From: an uncultured virus (IMG/VR IMGVR_UViG_3300047160_006212) | Lineage: Duplodnaviria; Heunggongvirae; Uroviricota; Caudoviricetes | Reading direction: 5' to 3' (one strand) | Virus record (IMG/VR): IMGVR_UViG_3300047160_006212 | Length of the DNA stretch: 64,000 nucleotides | In this document: piece after piece, positions 24,919 through 34,553 of the stretch | Position numbering within the stretch: the stretch's first letter is position 1 | Layout of the letters: each line of letters starts with the position of its first letter | Notes under the pieces: generated by a model | The model's input: the letters and a program-made list of their open reading frames with translations, nothing else | What the model was told of the DNA's origin: nothing | The model's database searches: none | Translations under genes and position numbers: made by a program

Positions 24919-27540
24919 ATGAATGATCTCCTGCGTTCAGAAATAGCCAGAAATGTGACACTGGCGACCGCCAAGCTTCGTGAAAAGGCTGAAGCCCGGG
25001 CCATGGAGGGAGATTTACTCTCCTTCGTGCGCTATGTCTGGCCGGTTGTGGAACCAGCCATCCCCTTTGTGGAAGGGTGGGCGATTACCGCCATTGCCGA
25101 GCATTTACAGGCTGTCACCAAGGGCGAAATAAGGAGGCTCTTAATTAACGTTCCACCTGGCTTTACCAAGGCGATAACTTACGAAACCCTGGTCCCGACC
25201 CTTGGCGGCTGGAAACCTCACGGGGCATTGAGAATTGGGGACTATGTTTTTGGGCCAGATGGCTTGCCCCGGGTGATCACCAATCGTACGCCCAATGTGC
25301 TGGAACCATGTTACGAGATTACATTTGACGATGGTTTAAAGATTACGGCTGGCGCCGCTCATGAATGGGCGATTGAAAGAGATTTTCCCAATCAAAACCA
25401 TGATGGAAGAGGAAAGTGGGGCAGAAAGTCCTTAATCGTAGAGACCAGAGACCTCCTTGTTGGTAAGGGGCGCCAGCGGTCAGATCGCATTCCTATGTCC
25501 GCTCCTATTCAATTCCCGCGTGCCGATCTCGAAATTGAGCCATATTTGTTGGGATATTGGCTTGGTGACGGAGATGCTGGTTTGGCAGTTATCTATTGCG
25601 GGAAAACGGATTTGGCTCATGTAGAAATCCTTGGGCGGGAAGTGGTGGGTACTGGAACCGCCCACCGAGTTCAAATAGATGATCTAAAAGAACGACTTCA
25701 CTATTTTGACCTTGTCAAAAATAAACATATTCCGGAGGAATATTTTGAGGGTAGTGTAGCCCAGCGCTGGGAACTTGTTCGTGGTCTTATGGATAGTGAT
25801 GGTCAGGCTGACATAGATCGAGATGGTCAGGTAAGATGCAGATTTACTAGTGAAAATGAAAAGATCATCGATGGGTTGCATAGGATTTTATCCAGCCTTG
25901 GCATCAAGGCCTCTCGTAATGGCAATAGGTTAAGGTTTACGCCGCCACTTGGCGCTAAGGTATTTAAACTAGAAAGAAAACAATCTCGTCTCGACGCCAG
26001 AAAAATACCGCCCCGCGCAAGTCGCATTGGGTATCGATATATAAAATCTGTGGTTCCGATTGGTCAGAAAGTCGTCAATTGTATTGAAGTAGATGGGGGC
26101 ATTTATGTTGCAGCAAGTCATTGTTTTGTAACGAGAAATTCACTTCTTACAAACGTCTTCTGGCCTGCGTGGGAATGGGGTCCGCAGAATCGACCATGGT
26201 ATCGCTATGTCTGTGCTTCCTATTCGAACCATCTGACAGAGCGCGATAATTTGCGCTGCCGCAATGTCGTCATGAGTGAGCGCTACCAGCGGCTTTGGCG
26301 GGGCCGGTTTCGTATCTCCAATGAGCAGTTCACCAAAGTCAAGTTCGCCAATGATCAGACCGGATGGAAGCTCGCGACGTCGGTCGGCGGCATCGGCGTC
26401 GGTGAACGCGGAGACCGCTTTGTAATCGATGATCCGAACAACACCATGATGATGGAAAGTGAAGCGGTGCGTTGGACCACAAATATGTGGTTTACCGAAG
26501 TTGTGCCAGATCGTCTGAATAACCCCAAGGAAAGTGCCATTGTCGTGATACAGCAGCGGCTGCATGAGGAAGATGTGTCCGGCGTCGCGTTGGATAATGA
26601 TCTCGGGTACACGCATTTATGCATCCCCATGTACTATGTGCCAAACGGGATGGTATGCGGCTATGATGTTGAAGGAAAGATCAGAAACTTCGATCTCTGG
26701 GATGACCAAGAAATTCCCCCGGAGAAAGTCTTTTGGGTCGATCCCCGTCACAATGAAGGTGACCTTGCGTGGCCGGAACGGTTTGGCACGGAACAGTGTG
26801 AAGAAATTCGGCATGCCAAGAAAGAGTATGCATGGTCCGGTCAGTACCAGCAAAGCCCTGAAATCCGGGGTGGTTCAATCATTCGCCGCGACTATTGGCA
26901 AACTTGGGATGCGCCTAAGTTTCCTGAAAACATTGAGTACATTCTTGCTTCTTTGGATACAGCCTATACCGAAAAACAGGAGAACGACGCCAGCGCCTTG
27001 ACGATCTGGGGCTTGTTCAGGGACGCCAACCGGAACCCGAAATTTATCCTGTTGCACGCTTGGAACGAACGTCTGGAAATGCATGCGCTGGTCAATAAGG
27101 TCATCCAATCTTGCGCAGGTGATCTGGCAACCGGCCGTCCGCCGGTTGACAGACTTCTGATCGAAAGCAAGGCGTCTGGCTTGTCTGTCAGTCAGGAAAT
27201 CAGGCGTCTGATTGGCTTTAACGGCCTGTTTGGCATCGAATTGGTCAATCCTGGCAAGGGCATGGTTGACCGGGACAAGGTGGCGCGAGCGCACAGCATC
27301 ATTCATCTATTTGCGGATGGGATGGTTTACACGCCAAAGGGCATCACTTGGGCTGATCAGGTCATCAACCAGTGCGCCGTCTTCCCGAAAGGCACCCATG
27401 ACGACCTGGTTGACAGCGTGACCATGGCTATGCGGTACTTGCGCGACTTTGGCTATGCCCTGACCCGCGAAGAGGCCAGATACGAGATTGAGGAACAATA
27501 CAGGTATAGACCCAGAATGGGCGTGTTATATCCGTGTTGA
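24919..27540 (+). CDS. terminase large subunit with intein
   Basis: INVPPGFTK/S Walker A, VIDDP Walker B, QQRLHEED, SLDTA, HDDLVD nuclease motifs. Confidence 0.92.
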   Translation: MNDLLRSEIARNVTLATAKLREKAEARAMEGDLLSFVRYVWPVVEPAIPFVEGWAITAIAEHLQAVTKGEIRRLLINVPPGFTKAITYETLVPTLGGWKPHGALRIGDYVFGPDGLPRVITNRTPNVLEPCYEITFDDGLKITAGAAHEWAIERDFPNQNHDGRGKWGRKSLIVETRDLLVGKGRQRSDRIPMSAPIQFPRADLEIEPYLLGYWLGDGDAGLAVIYCGKTDLAHVEILGREVVGTGTAHRVQIDDLKERLHYFDLVKNKHIPEEYFEGSVAQRWELVRGLMDSDGQADIDRDGQVRCRFTSENEKIIDGLHRILSSLGIKASRNGNRLRFTPPLGAKVFKLERKQSRLDARKIPPRASRIGYRYIKSVVPIGQKVVNCIEVDGGIYVAASHCFVTRNSLLTNVFWPAWEWGPQNRPWYRYVCASYSNHLTERDNLRCRNVVMSERYQRLWRGRFRISNEQFTKVKFANDQTGWKLATSVGGIGVGERGDRFVIDDPNNTMMMESEAVRWTTNMWFTEVVPDRLNNPKESAIVVIQQRLHEEDVSGVALDNDLGYTHLCIPMYYVPNGMVCGYDVEGKIRNFDLWDDQEIPPEKVFWVDPRHNEGDLAWPERFGTEQCEEIRHAKKEYAWSGQYQQSPEIRGGSIIRRDYWQTWDAPKFPENIEYILASLDTAYTEKQENDASALTIWGLFRDANRNPKFILLHAWNERLEMHALVNKVIQSCAGDLATGRPPVDRLLIESKASGLSVSQEIRRLIGFNGLFGIELVNPGKGMVDRDKVARAHSIIHLFADGMVYTPKGITWADQVINQCAVFPKGTHDDLVDSVTMAMRYLRDFGYALTREEARYEIEEQYRYRPRMGVLYPC
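25171..26139 (+). mobile_element. class 3-like intein with LAGLIDADG endonuclease (323 aa)
   Basis: Starts at Ala after Walker A Lys; block B HEW; LLGYWLGDG and RGLMDSDG; block F VNCIEV; ends VTRN before Ser. Confidence 0.85.
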
Positions 27541-27554
27541 TGTAGGGCGGTATC

Positions 27555-30434
27555 ATGGTTAGTCGGCTTGATCCACTGCTTTTACCAGATCCCCAACGAC
27601 CTAACCCTTTTAAATTGCCGAGTACCATTGATCTCGGCAATCCCACAGGGATGGCTACGACGATCCATAACGGTGTGGGACATACAGAAAATCCAGACGG
27701 GTCGCTCACTCTGGACTTTAAGCCAAGGATGAACGGACATGCCAAACCAAAGTGGTTTGGCAACCTTGCGGACGACATCGAACCGGGGGAACTGGCGCGG
27801 ATTGCATCGGAACTGCTTGAAGGGATTCAGAACGACGATGATTCACGGCGAGACTGGCTGGATACCCGTTCACGAGGTATCGCCCTATTGGGACTCAAGC
27901 TTCACGAGCCTACAGGTGAGGTTACGGCAGAGGGTGTCTCTAAAGTCCAACACCCCCTACTGCTCGAAGCTGTCCTCAGATTTCAGGCCACAGCTAGAGG
28001 TGAACTATTACCTGCCTCCGGTCCTCTTAAGATACGAAACGACAATCCAATTCCGCCCAAGGAGTTGACGCAGCCACCAGTTCCACCGCCGCCCCCGCCA
28101 CCCCCGCCGCAATTAGGTCAGGGTCCGATGCCACAAGGACCCGGTGGTCCACTTCCCCCACCTTCCGGCGGACCACCGATAGGAGGTGGGCCCCAGCCTG
28201 CACCTCCCGTACCGCCCGGAGGGAGGCCATTACCTCCCGGTCCACCTCCGGGCGGGATGCCCGGTATGCCGCCTGGAATGCCGCCGGGTGGAGCGCCACC
28301 CCAACCACCGCCCCCGCCAACCGGGCTGATGGCGCCGCCCAAGCCGGTCATTCCCGGGATCATGTCGCAGCACTCCGACGAAATGGCGGAAGCGTTGGAA
28401 ACCGGTCTGAACCATTGGCTGATGACGGTTGCGACTGAATATGTTCCGGATACGGACAGGATGCTGTTCTGGATCGGCGCTGGTGGGCAGGGCGTCAAGA
28501 AAGTCTACAACGATCCGATCAAACGGCGGCCGGTCTCGGAAAGTATCGACGCCGAAGACCTCATCGTGTCCAATGCCGAAAACAACCTTGAGAACTGCGG
28601 ACGGATCACGCACCGCATCAAGATGCGTCCATCCTATTTGAAAAGGATGCAGATCGCCGGAGCTTACCGGGACAATCTGGACTTGATGCCAACCCAGTAC
28701 CCTATGGAGGACCCGGTCACCGAGAAAAAGCGGGAGATCGACGGCATCAAGCAAGTTGTCAAGCGACCGCAGGATTCGGAACACGAGATCTATGAGTGCT
28801 ACTGCGAACTCGATATTGCGGGCTTCGAACATAAAAGCAGATCGGGAAAGATCACCGGGCTTCAACTTCCCTATGTTGTCACGATTCACAAAGAAAGCCG
28901 TCAAATCCTCGCCCTTCGCCGCAATTGGGACGAAGACGATAAGATGTGCATGGCTCGGGAGTACTTCGTTGATTTTCCATTCGTTCGTGCCCTTGGATTC
29001 TACGGCATTGGTCTCATTCATATCCTCGGCAACATCACCACTGCCCTTACGGCCGCCCTCCGTATACAACTTGATGCCGGAATGTTCGCATCCTTTCCGG
29101 GTTTTATTTACAAGAAGGAGTACGGCAGGCAGCTAACCAACCTGTTCCGGGTGCCGCCGGGCGCGGGTGTCGCACTGGACACCGGTAACCTGCCCATCCA
29201 GCAAGCCATCATGCCGATCCCTTACAAAGACCCCGGTGCGGCCTTTGTGAACTTGACGCAAAATCTGGAGCAGCTGGGCCAGCGCGTTGGTGGCTCCGCA
29301 CAGGTCGATATCGGCGAAGGCAACGCCGAAACCCCTGTCGGTACCATCTTGGCCATGATCGAGCAAAACACCAAGGTCATGGATGCTGTCCATAAAAGGC
29401 TCCATGCGGCCCAAGCCAAGGAATTCCAGCTTCTGAAGCAGCGCTTTCTTGAAGACCCGGATGCGTTCTGGCGCCACGGTTACATCAATGCGATCCCGCC
29501 TTGGCGCAAAGAGCAATTCATTGCTTGCCTGAAGGACGCCAACCTTGTCCCAGTGGCTGATCCCAACAACCCGACATCGATGCACCGGATCGCCAAGGCT
29601 GTGGTCATCAAGACTTTGCAGCAAAGTGCGCCCGATCTGTATGATCCTATCGCCGTGGATACCCGTATTATGCGGATTACCGGTATCGATCCCGAGGGTC
29701 TATTCCGTCAGACGCCTGCACCACCACCGCCAAATCCGTCCTTGATTGCGGCACAGGCCAAGCAGCAGGCCAATGCCCAGCAGCAGCAATCTCAGACCAT
29801 GCAGGCCATGCTGAAACTGAAGCTGGCTCAAATCCAGTCGTCCGACAAGGCGGCCGACCGTGAGTCCCGCGAGCGGTCCGAGCAGATGAAACAGGTTCTG
29901 GAGCGGCTGCGCATTCAGGAGGAAAGCATCATCCATGGCAAGGAGGTTGATGCCAATCTGCATCAGAAGGCCATGGATATGTTGCTCGACCACCACCGGG
30001 CCAATGTCGAATCCCAGCAGGATATGGCGCAACAGCAGCAGCAGCATGAACTTGATCTTCAGCATCAGCAGAATGAACAGACTTTCAAGCGCGGCGGCAT
30101 GGTCATGGATATGGCCAACAAGCACTTTGAAAACCAGTCCAAGCTGGATTTGGAGCGCGACAAGCACGAACAGTCCATGGAACTGGAACGTGAGAAGCAT
30201 CATCATGCTATGGAATTAGAGCGCGAGAAACAGGAAGCCGAGCTAGAACACGAGCGCAAGACTTCTAAGCTTGAACTCAAGCACAAGCGCAACATGGACC
30301 GGCAGGACCGTGTGACCAAGCGTCAGGAAATCCAGAGCAAGGAACGTATTGCCAAGATCGGCGCCGACGCGCAGATTAAGGTCGCCAAGATGAAACCGAA
30401 GCCAAAACCAGCGGCGAGGAAATCCAATGGCTAA
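27555..30434 (+). CDS. portal protein (P22-like) with Pro-rich insert and C-terminal coiled coil
   Basis: Follows TerL; HPLLLEAVLRFQA, FYGIGLIH, PVGTILA motifs. Confidence 0.8.
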   Translation: MVSRLDPLLLPDPQRPNPFKLPSTIDLGNPTGMATTIHNGVGHTENPDGSLTLDFKPRMNGHAKPKWFGNLADDIEPGELARIASELLEGIQNDDDSRRDWLDTRSRGIALLGLKLHEPTGEVTAEGVSKVQHPLLLEAVLRFQATARGELLPASGPLKIRNDNPIPPKELTQPPVPPPPPPPPPQLGQGPMPQGPGGPLPPPSGGPPIGGGPQPAPPVPPGGRPLPPGPPPGGMPGMPPGMPPGGAPPQPPPPPTGLMAPPKPVIPGIMSQHSDEMAEALETGLNHWLMTVATEYVPDTDRMLFWIGAGGQGVKKVYNDPIKRRPVSESIDAEDLIVSNAENNLENCGRITHRIKMRPSYLKRMQIAGAYRDNLDLMPTQYPMEDPVTEKKREIDGIKQVVKRPQDSEHEIYECYCELDIAGFEHKSRSGKITGLQLPYVVTIHKESRQILALRRNWDEDDKMCMAREYFVDFPFVRALGFYGIGLIHILGNITTALTAALRIQLDAGMFASFPGFIYKKEYGRQLTNLFRVPPGAGVALDTGNLPIQQAIMPIPYKDPGAAFVNLTQNLEQLGQRVGGSAQVDIGEGNAETPVGTILAMIEQNTKVMDAVHKRLHAAQAKEFQLLKQRFLEDPDAFWRHGYINAIPPWRKEQFIACLKDANLVPVADPNNPTSMHRIAKAVVIKTLQQSAPDLYDPIAVDTRIMRITGIDPEGLFRQTPAPPPPNPSLIAAQAKQQANAQQQQSQTMQAMLKLKLAQIQSSDKAADRESRERSEQMKQVLERLRIQEESIIHGKEVDANLHQKAMDMLLDHHRANVESQQDMAQQQQQHELDLQHQQNEQTFKRGGMVMDMANKHFENQSKLDLERDKHEQSMELEREKHHHAMELEREKQEAELEHERKTSKLELKHKRNMDRQDRVTKRQEIQSKERIAKIGADAQIKVAKMKPKPKPAARKSNG

Positions 30435-30648
30435 TCCCTTTGCATCGCAATCCCATACGTCCAGCCGGAAGAAGATGGGCAATATTTCCGGATCGCCCGC
30501 CAACTTCGAAAGCCCGGCCGACAAAGCGGACAGGTTTGCGTCGATCAGCCATCCCAAGCATGGCGGTCCGATGACGCCACCCAGCCAACCTGACCGGATG
30601 GACTTTCAGTCTGGCGGTAAAGTTATGAAGGAAGGGGACTGCACATGA
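30427..30648 (+). CDS. hypothetical virion-module protein
   Basis: Overlapping operon organisation; FQSGG motif. Confidence 0.6.
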   Translation: MANPFASQSHTSSRKKMGNISGSPANFESPADKADRFASISHPKHGGPMTPPSQPDRMDFQSGGKVMKEGDCT

Positions 30649-30992
30649 AGGAATACAGGGATAAGGCCTTCGCAACTCATAAGGCCAAGGCCAAGGCCAT
30701 GGGGAAAGAGAACAATCTGGTCATCCCCGTGATGCGCGCGGTTGGCGAGAACAAGGCGGGCGGCGTCCACGAAAGCTCGCACAGCGGCCAGCACCGCAAC
30801 CAGTCCGCTGCGCCGGGGTTCAAGGCGGGTGGCGCCGTCAACAAGCCGAAGGCGGGTGCCCTGGTCAATCGGCAGCCCAAGGATATCATGGAACCACCGG
30901 GCATGAGTGCCAGTGCGCAGAGTGGCATCGGGCGTTTGGAGAAAGCTCATATGCCCAAGCCACCGTTCAAGGCGATCATGGGTTCAAATTAG
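30645..30992 (+). CDS. hypothetical basic protein
   Basis: FKAGG motif; SGIGRLEK. Confidence 0.65.
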   Translation: MKEYRDKAFATHKAKAKAMGKENNLVIPVMRAVGENKAGGVHESSHSGQHRNQSAAPGFKAGGAVNKPKAGALVNRQPKDIMEPPGMSASAQSGIGRLEKAHMPKPPFKAIMGSN

Positions 30993-31174
30993 TGGACCGG
31001 TTTGAGGCCCTTTTGCGCGAAAAGATTGGCATCATGTACGACATGATGGCGTCGAGCATGACCCAATCTGGATTGACGAGCTTCGATGAATACAAGTACA
31101 GTTTGGGCTATCTGCATGCCCTGAGGGCTGTTCTTGCCGAAATGGAAACCGTTGCTGATGATATGAGGAAGTGA
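30992..31174 (+). CDS. hypothetical protein
   Basis: 60 aa; FDEYKY..GY. Confidence 0.65.
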   Translation: MDRFEALLREKIGIMYDMMASSMTQSGLTSFDEYKYSLGYLHALRAVLAEMETVADDMRK

Positions 31175-31584
31175 TGCCGGTTATCTCTGCTCCCAAGACC
31201 CAGCAACTGGCCTTGGCGACCAATCCGAAAGAGGCTTTGCTTGAAGCCGTTGGCGATCTCTCCGAGATTGATGTGTTCCACAATCAGATATTGGTTGGGA
31301 TTTACATTCGCCCTGAAGTCACCAAAGGTGGCATTATTCGGCCCGGCCAGAACATTGATGAAGACGAGTATCAGGGTAAGGTGGGGCTTGTCTTGAAGAC
31401 TGGGCCTACGGCCTTTCTGTCAAACGAGACTACGGATTTTATGGGGCAAACAGTCAACGTAGGCGATTGGATCGTCTACCGCGTCGGCGACGGCTGGCAG
31501 GTGATGGTCAATGGTACTGCCTGCCGTATGCTGACGGATCGGACCTTGAAAATGCGCGCCAAGAACCCGGAGATTTTCCTCTAA
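31171..31584 (+). CDS. GroES-like co-chaperonin
   Basis: TKGGIIRP, GLVLKTGP, VGDWIVY. Confidence 0.8.
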   Translation: MMPVISAPKTQQLALATNPKEALLEAVGDLSEIDVFHNQILVGIYIRPEVTKGGIIRPGQNIDEDEYQGKVGLVLKTGPTAFLSNETTDFMGQTVNVGDWIVYRVGDGWQVMVNGTACRMLTDRTLKMRAKNPEIFL

Positions 31585-32663
31585 TGCCCCGCATTCGTGC
31601 TGTCCGCACCAAGGAAGAAGCCGCCAATGTCCCAAAAGACAAGCCCCTTACGGTCGAGTTCGCGCCGGAAGGCGAAGTCGAAGTCGGGGAAAACCCGTTT
31701 GATGAAGATGCTCGATCAGCAGATGGAAGAGGTAAAGCGTTACGCAGCGAGGAAGCATCTGTTTCTGGCGCTGGGAAGGATAATAGATCACGAGATTTAC
31801 ATGAAGATATCACTGAAGAAGAAGACGTAAGCGATCTCAAGCGCCAGCTTGAGGATATGCGCCGGGCGAATGCCGAAAGCGACAAGCGTCTTCAAAATGA
31901 AATCCGCGCCAGGCAGGATGCCGAACGTGCCCGTGAACAGCGCGAATACGAAGCTGGAAGCTATCGCGTAAGGGCTGAGGATGCGGAATATGACGCTATT
32001 CTCAATGCCATTGGCCGCGCTCAGTCGGAAGCCGAACGCGCCCAGTACGATATTGCCGCTGCGAGTGAGGCTGGGGATCATAAGCTCGTGGCAGATGCCA
32101 ACCGGCGATTGGCTCGCGCCGAAAGCCGGTTGGCCCAGTTTGAAGATGCCAAGGTCGCGATTGAAGACCAAAAAAGCCGCGAGGCCTATCAGGCCAAGCA
32201 GCGCGCCAATCAGCCACCGCAGCAACCGCAACAGCAGCGGCAAATGAGCGTCGAAGAATATATCGACACCATTCCCAATTTATTGCAAAGCCAGAAGGAC
32301 TGGCTGAAGGCGCACCCTGAGACCATGACCGACAACCGCGTCAACATGCGCTTGCAGGCGGCCCACATCGAGACCGAGGACCTGAAATACCGGGCCGGGT
32401 CCAAGCAATACTTCCAGCATATCGAACAGCGGTTGGGTTATGCCGAACCTGAAGAAGAGGAACAGGAAGTGACCAGAGCCCCTGTCGCAGCCCCGCCATC
32501 TAAGACTGCTACCAGCCCATCTACCGGCAAGCAGACCGGTGGCAAGATCACACTCGATCCAGAACAGCGCGAGATCGCCGCCCTGTCCGGCATCGATGAA
32601 GTGACCTATGCCAAGAATCTTCTGAAGATGCAGAAAGCCAAGCGTGATGGACTCATCAATTGA
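31584..32663 (+). CDS. putative capsid scaffolding protein
   Basis: Acidic coiled coil; C-terminal LDPEQREIAALSGI..YAK; upstream of capsid. Confidence 0.65.
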   Translation: MPRIRAVRTKEEAANVPKDKPLTVEFAPEGEVEVGENPFDEDARSADGRGKALRSEEASVSGAGKDNRSRDLHEDITEEEDVSDLKRQLEDMRRANAESDKRLQNEIRARQDAERAREQREYEAGSYRVRAEDAEYDAILNAIGRAQSEAERAQYDIAAASEAGDHKLVADANRRLARAESRLAQFEDAKVAIEDQKSREAYQAKQRANQPPQQPQQQRQMSVEEYIDTIPNLLQSQKDWLKAHPETMTDNRVNMRLQAAHIETEDLKYRAGSKQYFQHIEQRLGYAEPEEEEQEVTRAPVAAPPSKTATSPSTGKQTGGKITLDPEQREIAALSGIDEVTYAKNLLKMQKAKRDGLIN

Positions 32664-32674
32664 AAGGATAGGAC

Positions 32675-33100
32675 ATGGCTCAATCCGTCATTATTGTCGG
32701 TACCATTACTGACAGTGCAGGAAATACCAAGAACGTAACGATTACCGGCATGGGAGCTTTTCAGGTAGACCCGGGTTATGGTGTCGGCACCCCGATCCCG
32801 CCACACCCGGCCCACCCGATTGCGCCGCCGGTTGGCGCTTGGCCGCCGGTCGAACCGGCCCATCCGATCTACACACCCCCGCCGGTTCCAACCCATCCGA
32901 TCGTTCTGCCGGACCCACCTGAAATCCCTGATATCCCGGATAAGCCACCGATCTGCCCGCCGGGTGGCGGTCTTGGTGAAGGCTGGCAATGGTACTATAC
33001 AGATAGGTGGGGATGGGTTCTGGTCTATGTTCCAGAGGGTGGCGGTGGCAAGCCGAAGCCTCCGGGTCAGGCGCCAACCCCGAAGCCCTCCCCCACCTAA
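32675..33100 (+). CDS. Pro-rich protein with P(A/T)HPI repeats
   Basis: VDPGYG, three HPI repeats, aromatic WQWYY..WGWV segment; SD AAAGGA. Confidence 0.7.
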   Translation: MAQSVIIVGTITDSAGNTKNVTITGMGAFQVDPGYGVGTPIPPHPAHPIAPPVGAWPPVEPAHPIYTPPPVPTHPIVLPDPPEIPDIPDKPPICPPGGGLGEGWQWYYTDRWGWVLVYVPEGGGGKPKPPGQAPTPKPSPT

Positions 33101-33122
33101 TATATAATAAGGAGAACCCAAA

Positions 33123-33659
33123 ATGGGACGACCGCCCAAGCCCTCTACGGTTGAAGCCAATCCTTTTGAGGGCGAACCTGCTAAGCCAAAAACGGCCAAG
33201 CCAGTGTCCATCGAGGAATTTGCAAAAATCCTCGACGCCGAGGAAGAGGGCGGTTTCCTCGACGTGCCCCGCCATCTGTGGCCTACGGGCATGCGCTATG
33301 AATGGAAAACCTATTCCGTTCTGGGCCAGCAACAGGCGCGGCGCTTTGGCCGCTTTCAATCGCGTGGCTGGGAACCTGTCCCGGCCACGCGCCATCCCGG
33401 GATGTATCATCCCGTGGATTATCAAGGCTTTATCGAATACGACGGCTTGGTGCTGTGTGAGCGTTCTGAACAGATGTGCCAGATGGTGGAGGAACGGGAA
33501 TTTCAGAAGGCGACCGGACAGGTCAAGGGCAAGGAAGCCCAGATATTTGGTGGTGATATTGAGGGTGTCACGTTTGACACCAAGCACAGAAGTGCCCGCC
33601 GGGTATCCGGCGTTAAAAAATCCTATGAACCGTTTGTCGTTCCTAAGGATGACGAGTAA
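33123..33659 (+). CDS. conserved head-module protein
   Basis: GMRYEWK...GWEPV...GLVLCE; SD AAGGAG. Confidence 0.7.
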   Translation: MGRPPKPSTVEANPFEGEPAKPKTAKPVSIEEFAKILDAEEEGGFLDVPRHLWPTGMRYEWKTYSVLGQQQARRFGRFQSRGWEPVPATRHPGMYHPVDYQGFIEYDGLVLCERSEQMCQMVEEREFQKATGQVKGKEAQIFGGDIEGVTFDTKHRSARRVSGVKKSYEPFVVPKDDE

Positions 33660-33660
33660 T

Positions 33661-33690
33661 TTGACTTTCCTGGGTTCCTGACATAACAAT
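33661..33690 (+). promoter_or_regulatory. putative promoter for capsid operon
   Basis: TTGACT-17/18 bp-(T)AACAAT in intergenic gap. Confidence 0.35.
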
Positions 33691-33778
33691 GCCATAATTC
33701 TCGGTTCGCGCTGGACCAATCCCCTCCATCACGCGCTGTGGTGGCTCACTCAACGCAACATCTGCGTAAGGAGCTACC

Positions 33779-34420
33779 ATGGTCAACACCATCGCACCCT
33801 TTGGCTTTCGTCAGTGGCGCCGTCTGGACGGCAGCCCGCCGACCGGCGGTTTCGAACAGCTGACCATCGCATCCAGCGACGCCAATCTGTATTTCACGGG
33901 TGATCCAGTCTGCACATCCTCGGCAGGACCGTATGTCGTCGGCGGGTCCACCATTTCTGGCAATGGCCAGATTCGTGGCATCTTCATGGGCTGCGAATAC
34001 TACCTGCCTGCTATTGCCCGCAAAACATGGCAGCCGTATTTTCCCGGGTCCGTGTTGACATCATCCGGCACCTTGGATGCTGCGGCGTGGGTGTCCACCG
34101 ACCCTGAAATGTTGTGGACGGTGCAGTGCTCGACCGGTCAAGGCGGCACCACCGGGTCAGTTATTTCAGCTTCATACATTGGCCTGAACTTTGGGTTTAG
34201 TTCAGGCACATCTTCGATGGGCAACACTCTAACCGGTGTGTCCAATGTGACGCTGAATAGCTCTAGCTTTGCGACAACCAACACCCTGCCGTTCCGCCTG
34301 ATGGACCTTTATTCCAACTGGGTGCCGCCCGGCCAGAACGGCACAGACAACACCAGCCTCGGCAACATCGTGATTGTCGCGCCCAACAACTGGGATCGAA
34401 AGAATACCACTGGTATCTAA
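33779..34420 (+). CDS. putative capsid decoration/stabilising protein
   Basis: APFGFR...GDPV...GIFMGCEY; directly upstream of capsid. Confidence 0.7.
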   Translation: MVNTIAPFGFRQWRRLDGSPPTGGFEQLTIASSDANLYFTGDPVCTSSAGPYVVGGSTISGNGQIRGIFMGCEYYLPAIARKTWQPYFPGSVLTSSGTLDAAAWVSTDPEMLWTVQCSTGQGGTTGSVISASYIGLNFGFSSGTSSMGNTLTGVSNVTLNSSSFATTNTLPFRLMDLYSNWVPPGQNGTDNTSLGNIVIVAPNNWDRKNTTGI

Positions 34421-34553
34421 TGGGAAAGATGGACCATAGGCCATGTTTTTCGCCCAGCCTTTCTCTTTCGAGGAAGGTCCTTCGTAGTATCATAGTACTG
34501 TTGCGCTATGATATTTACGCACCTTCAGTGCAACGAGAAAGGTTAGGATTCCC
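34421..34553 (+). promoter_or_regulatory. structured 5' leader of major capsid gene
   Basis: Nested stems CCTTTCTC/GAGAAAGG, GAAGGT/ACCTTC, TATCATAG/CTATGATA. Confidence 0.6.

Noticed and set aside
28045..28360. Pro/Gly-rich portal insert as collagen or mobile element
   Set aside because: No sustained G-X-Y periodicity or element ends; probably a disordered loop
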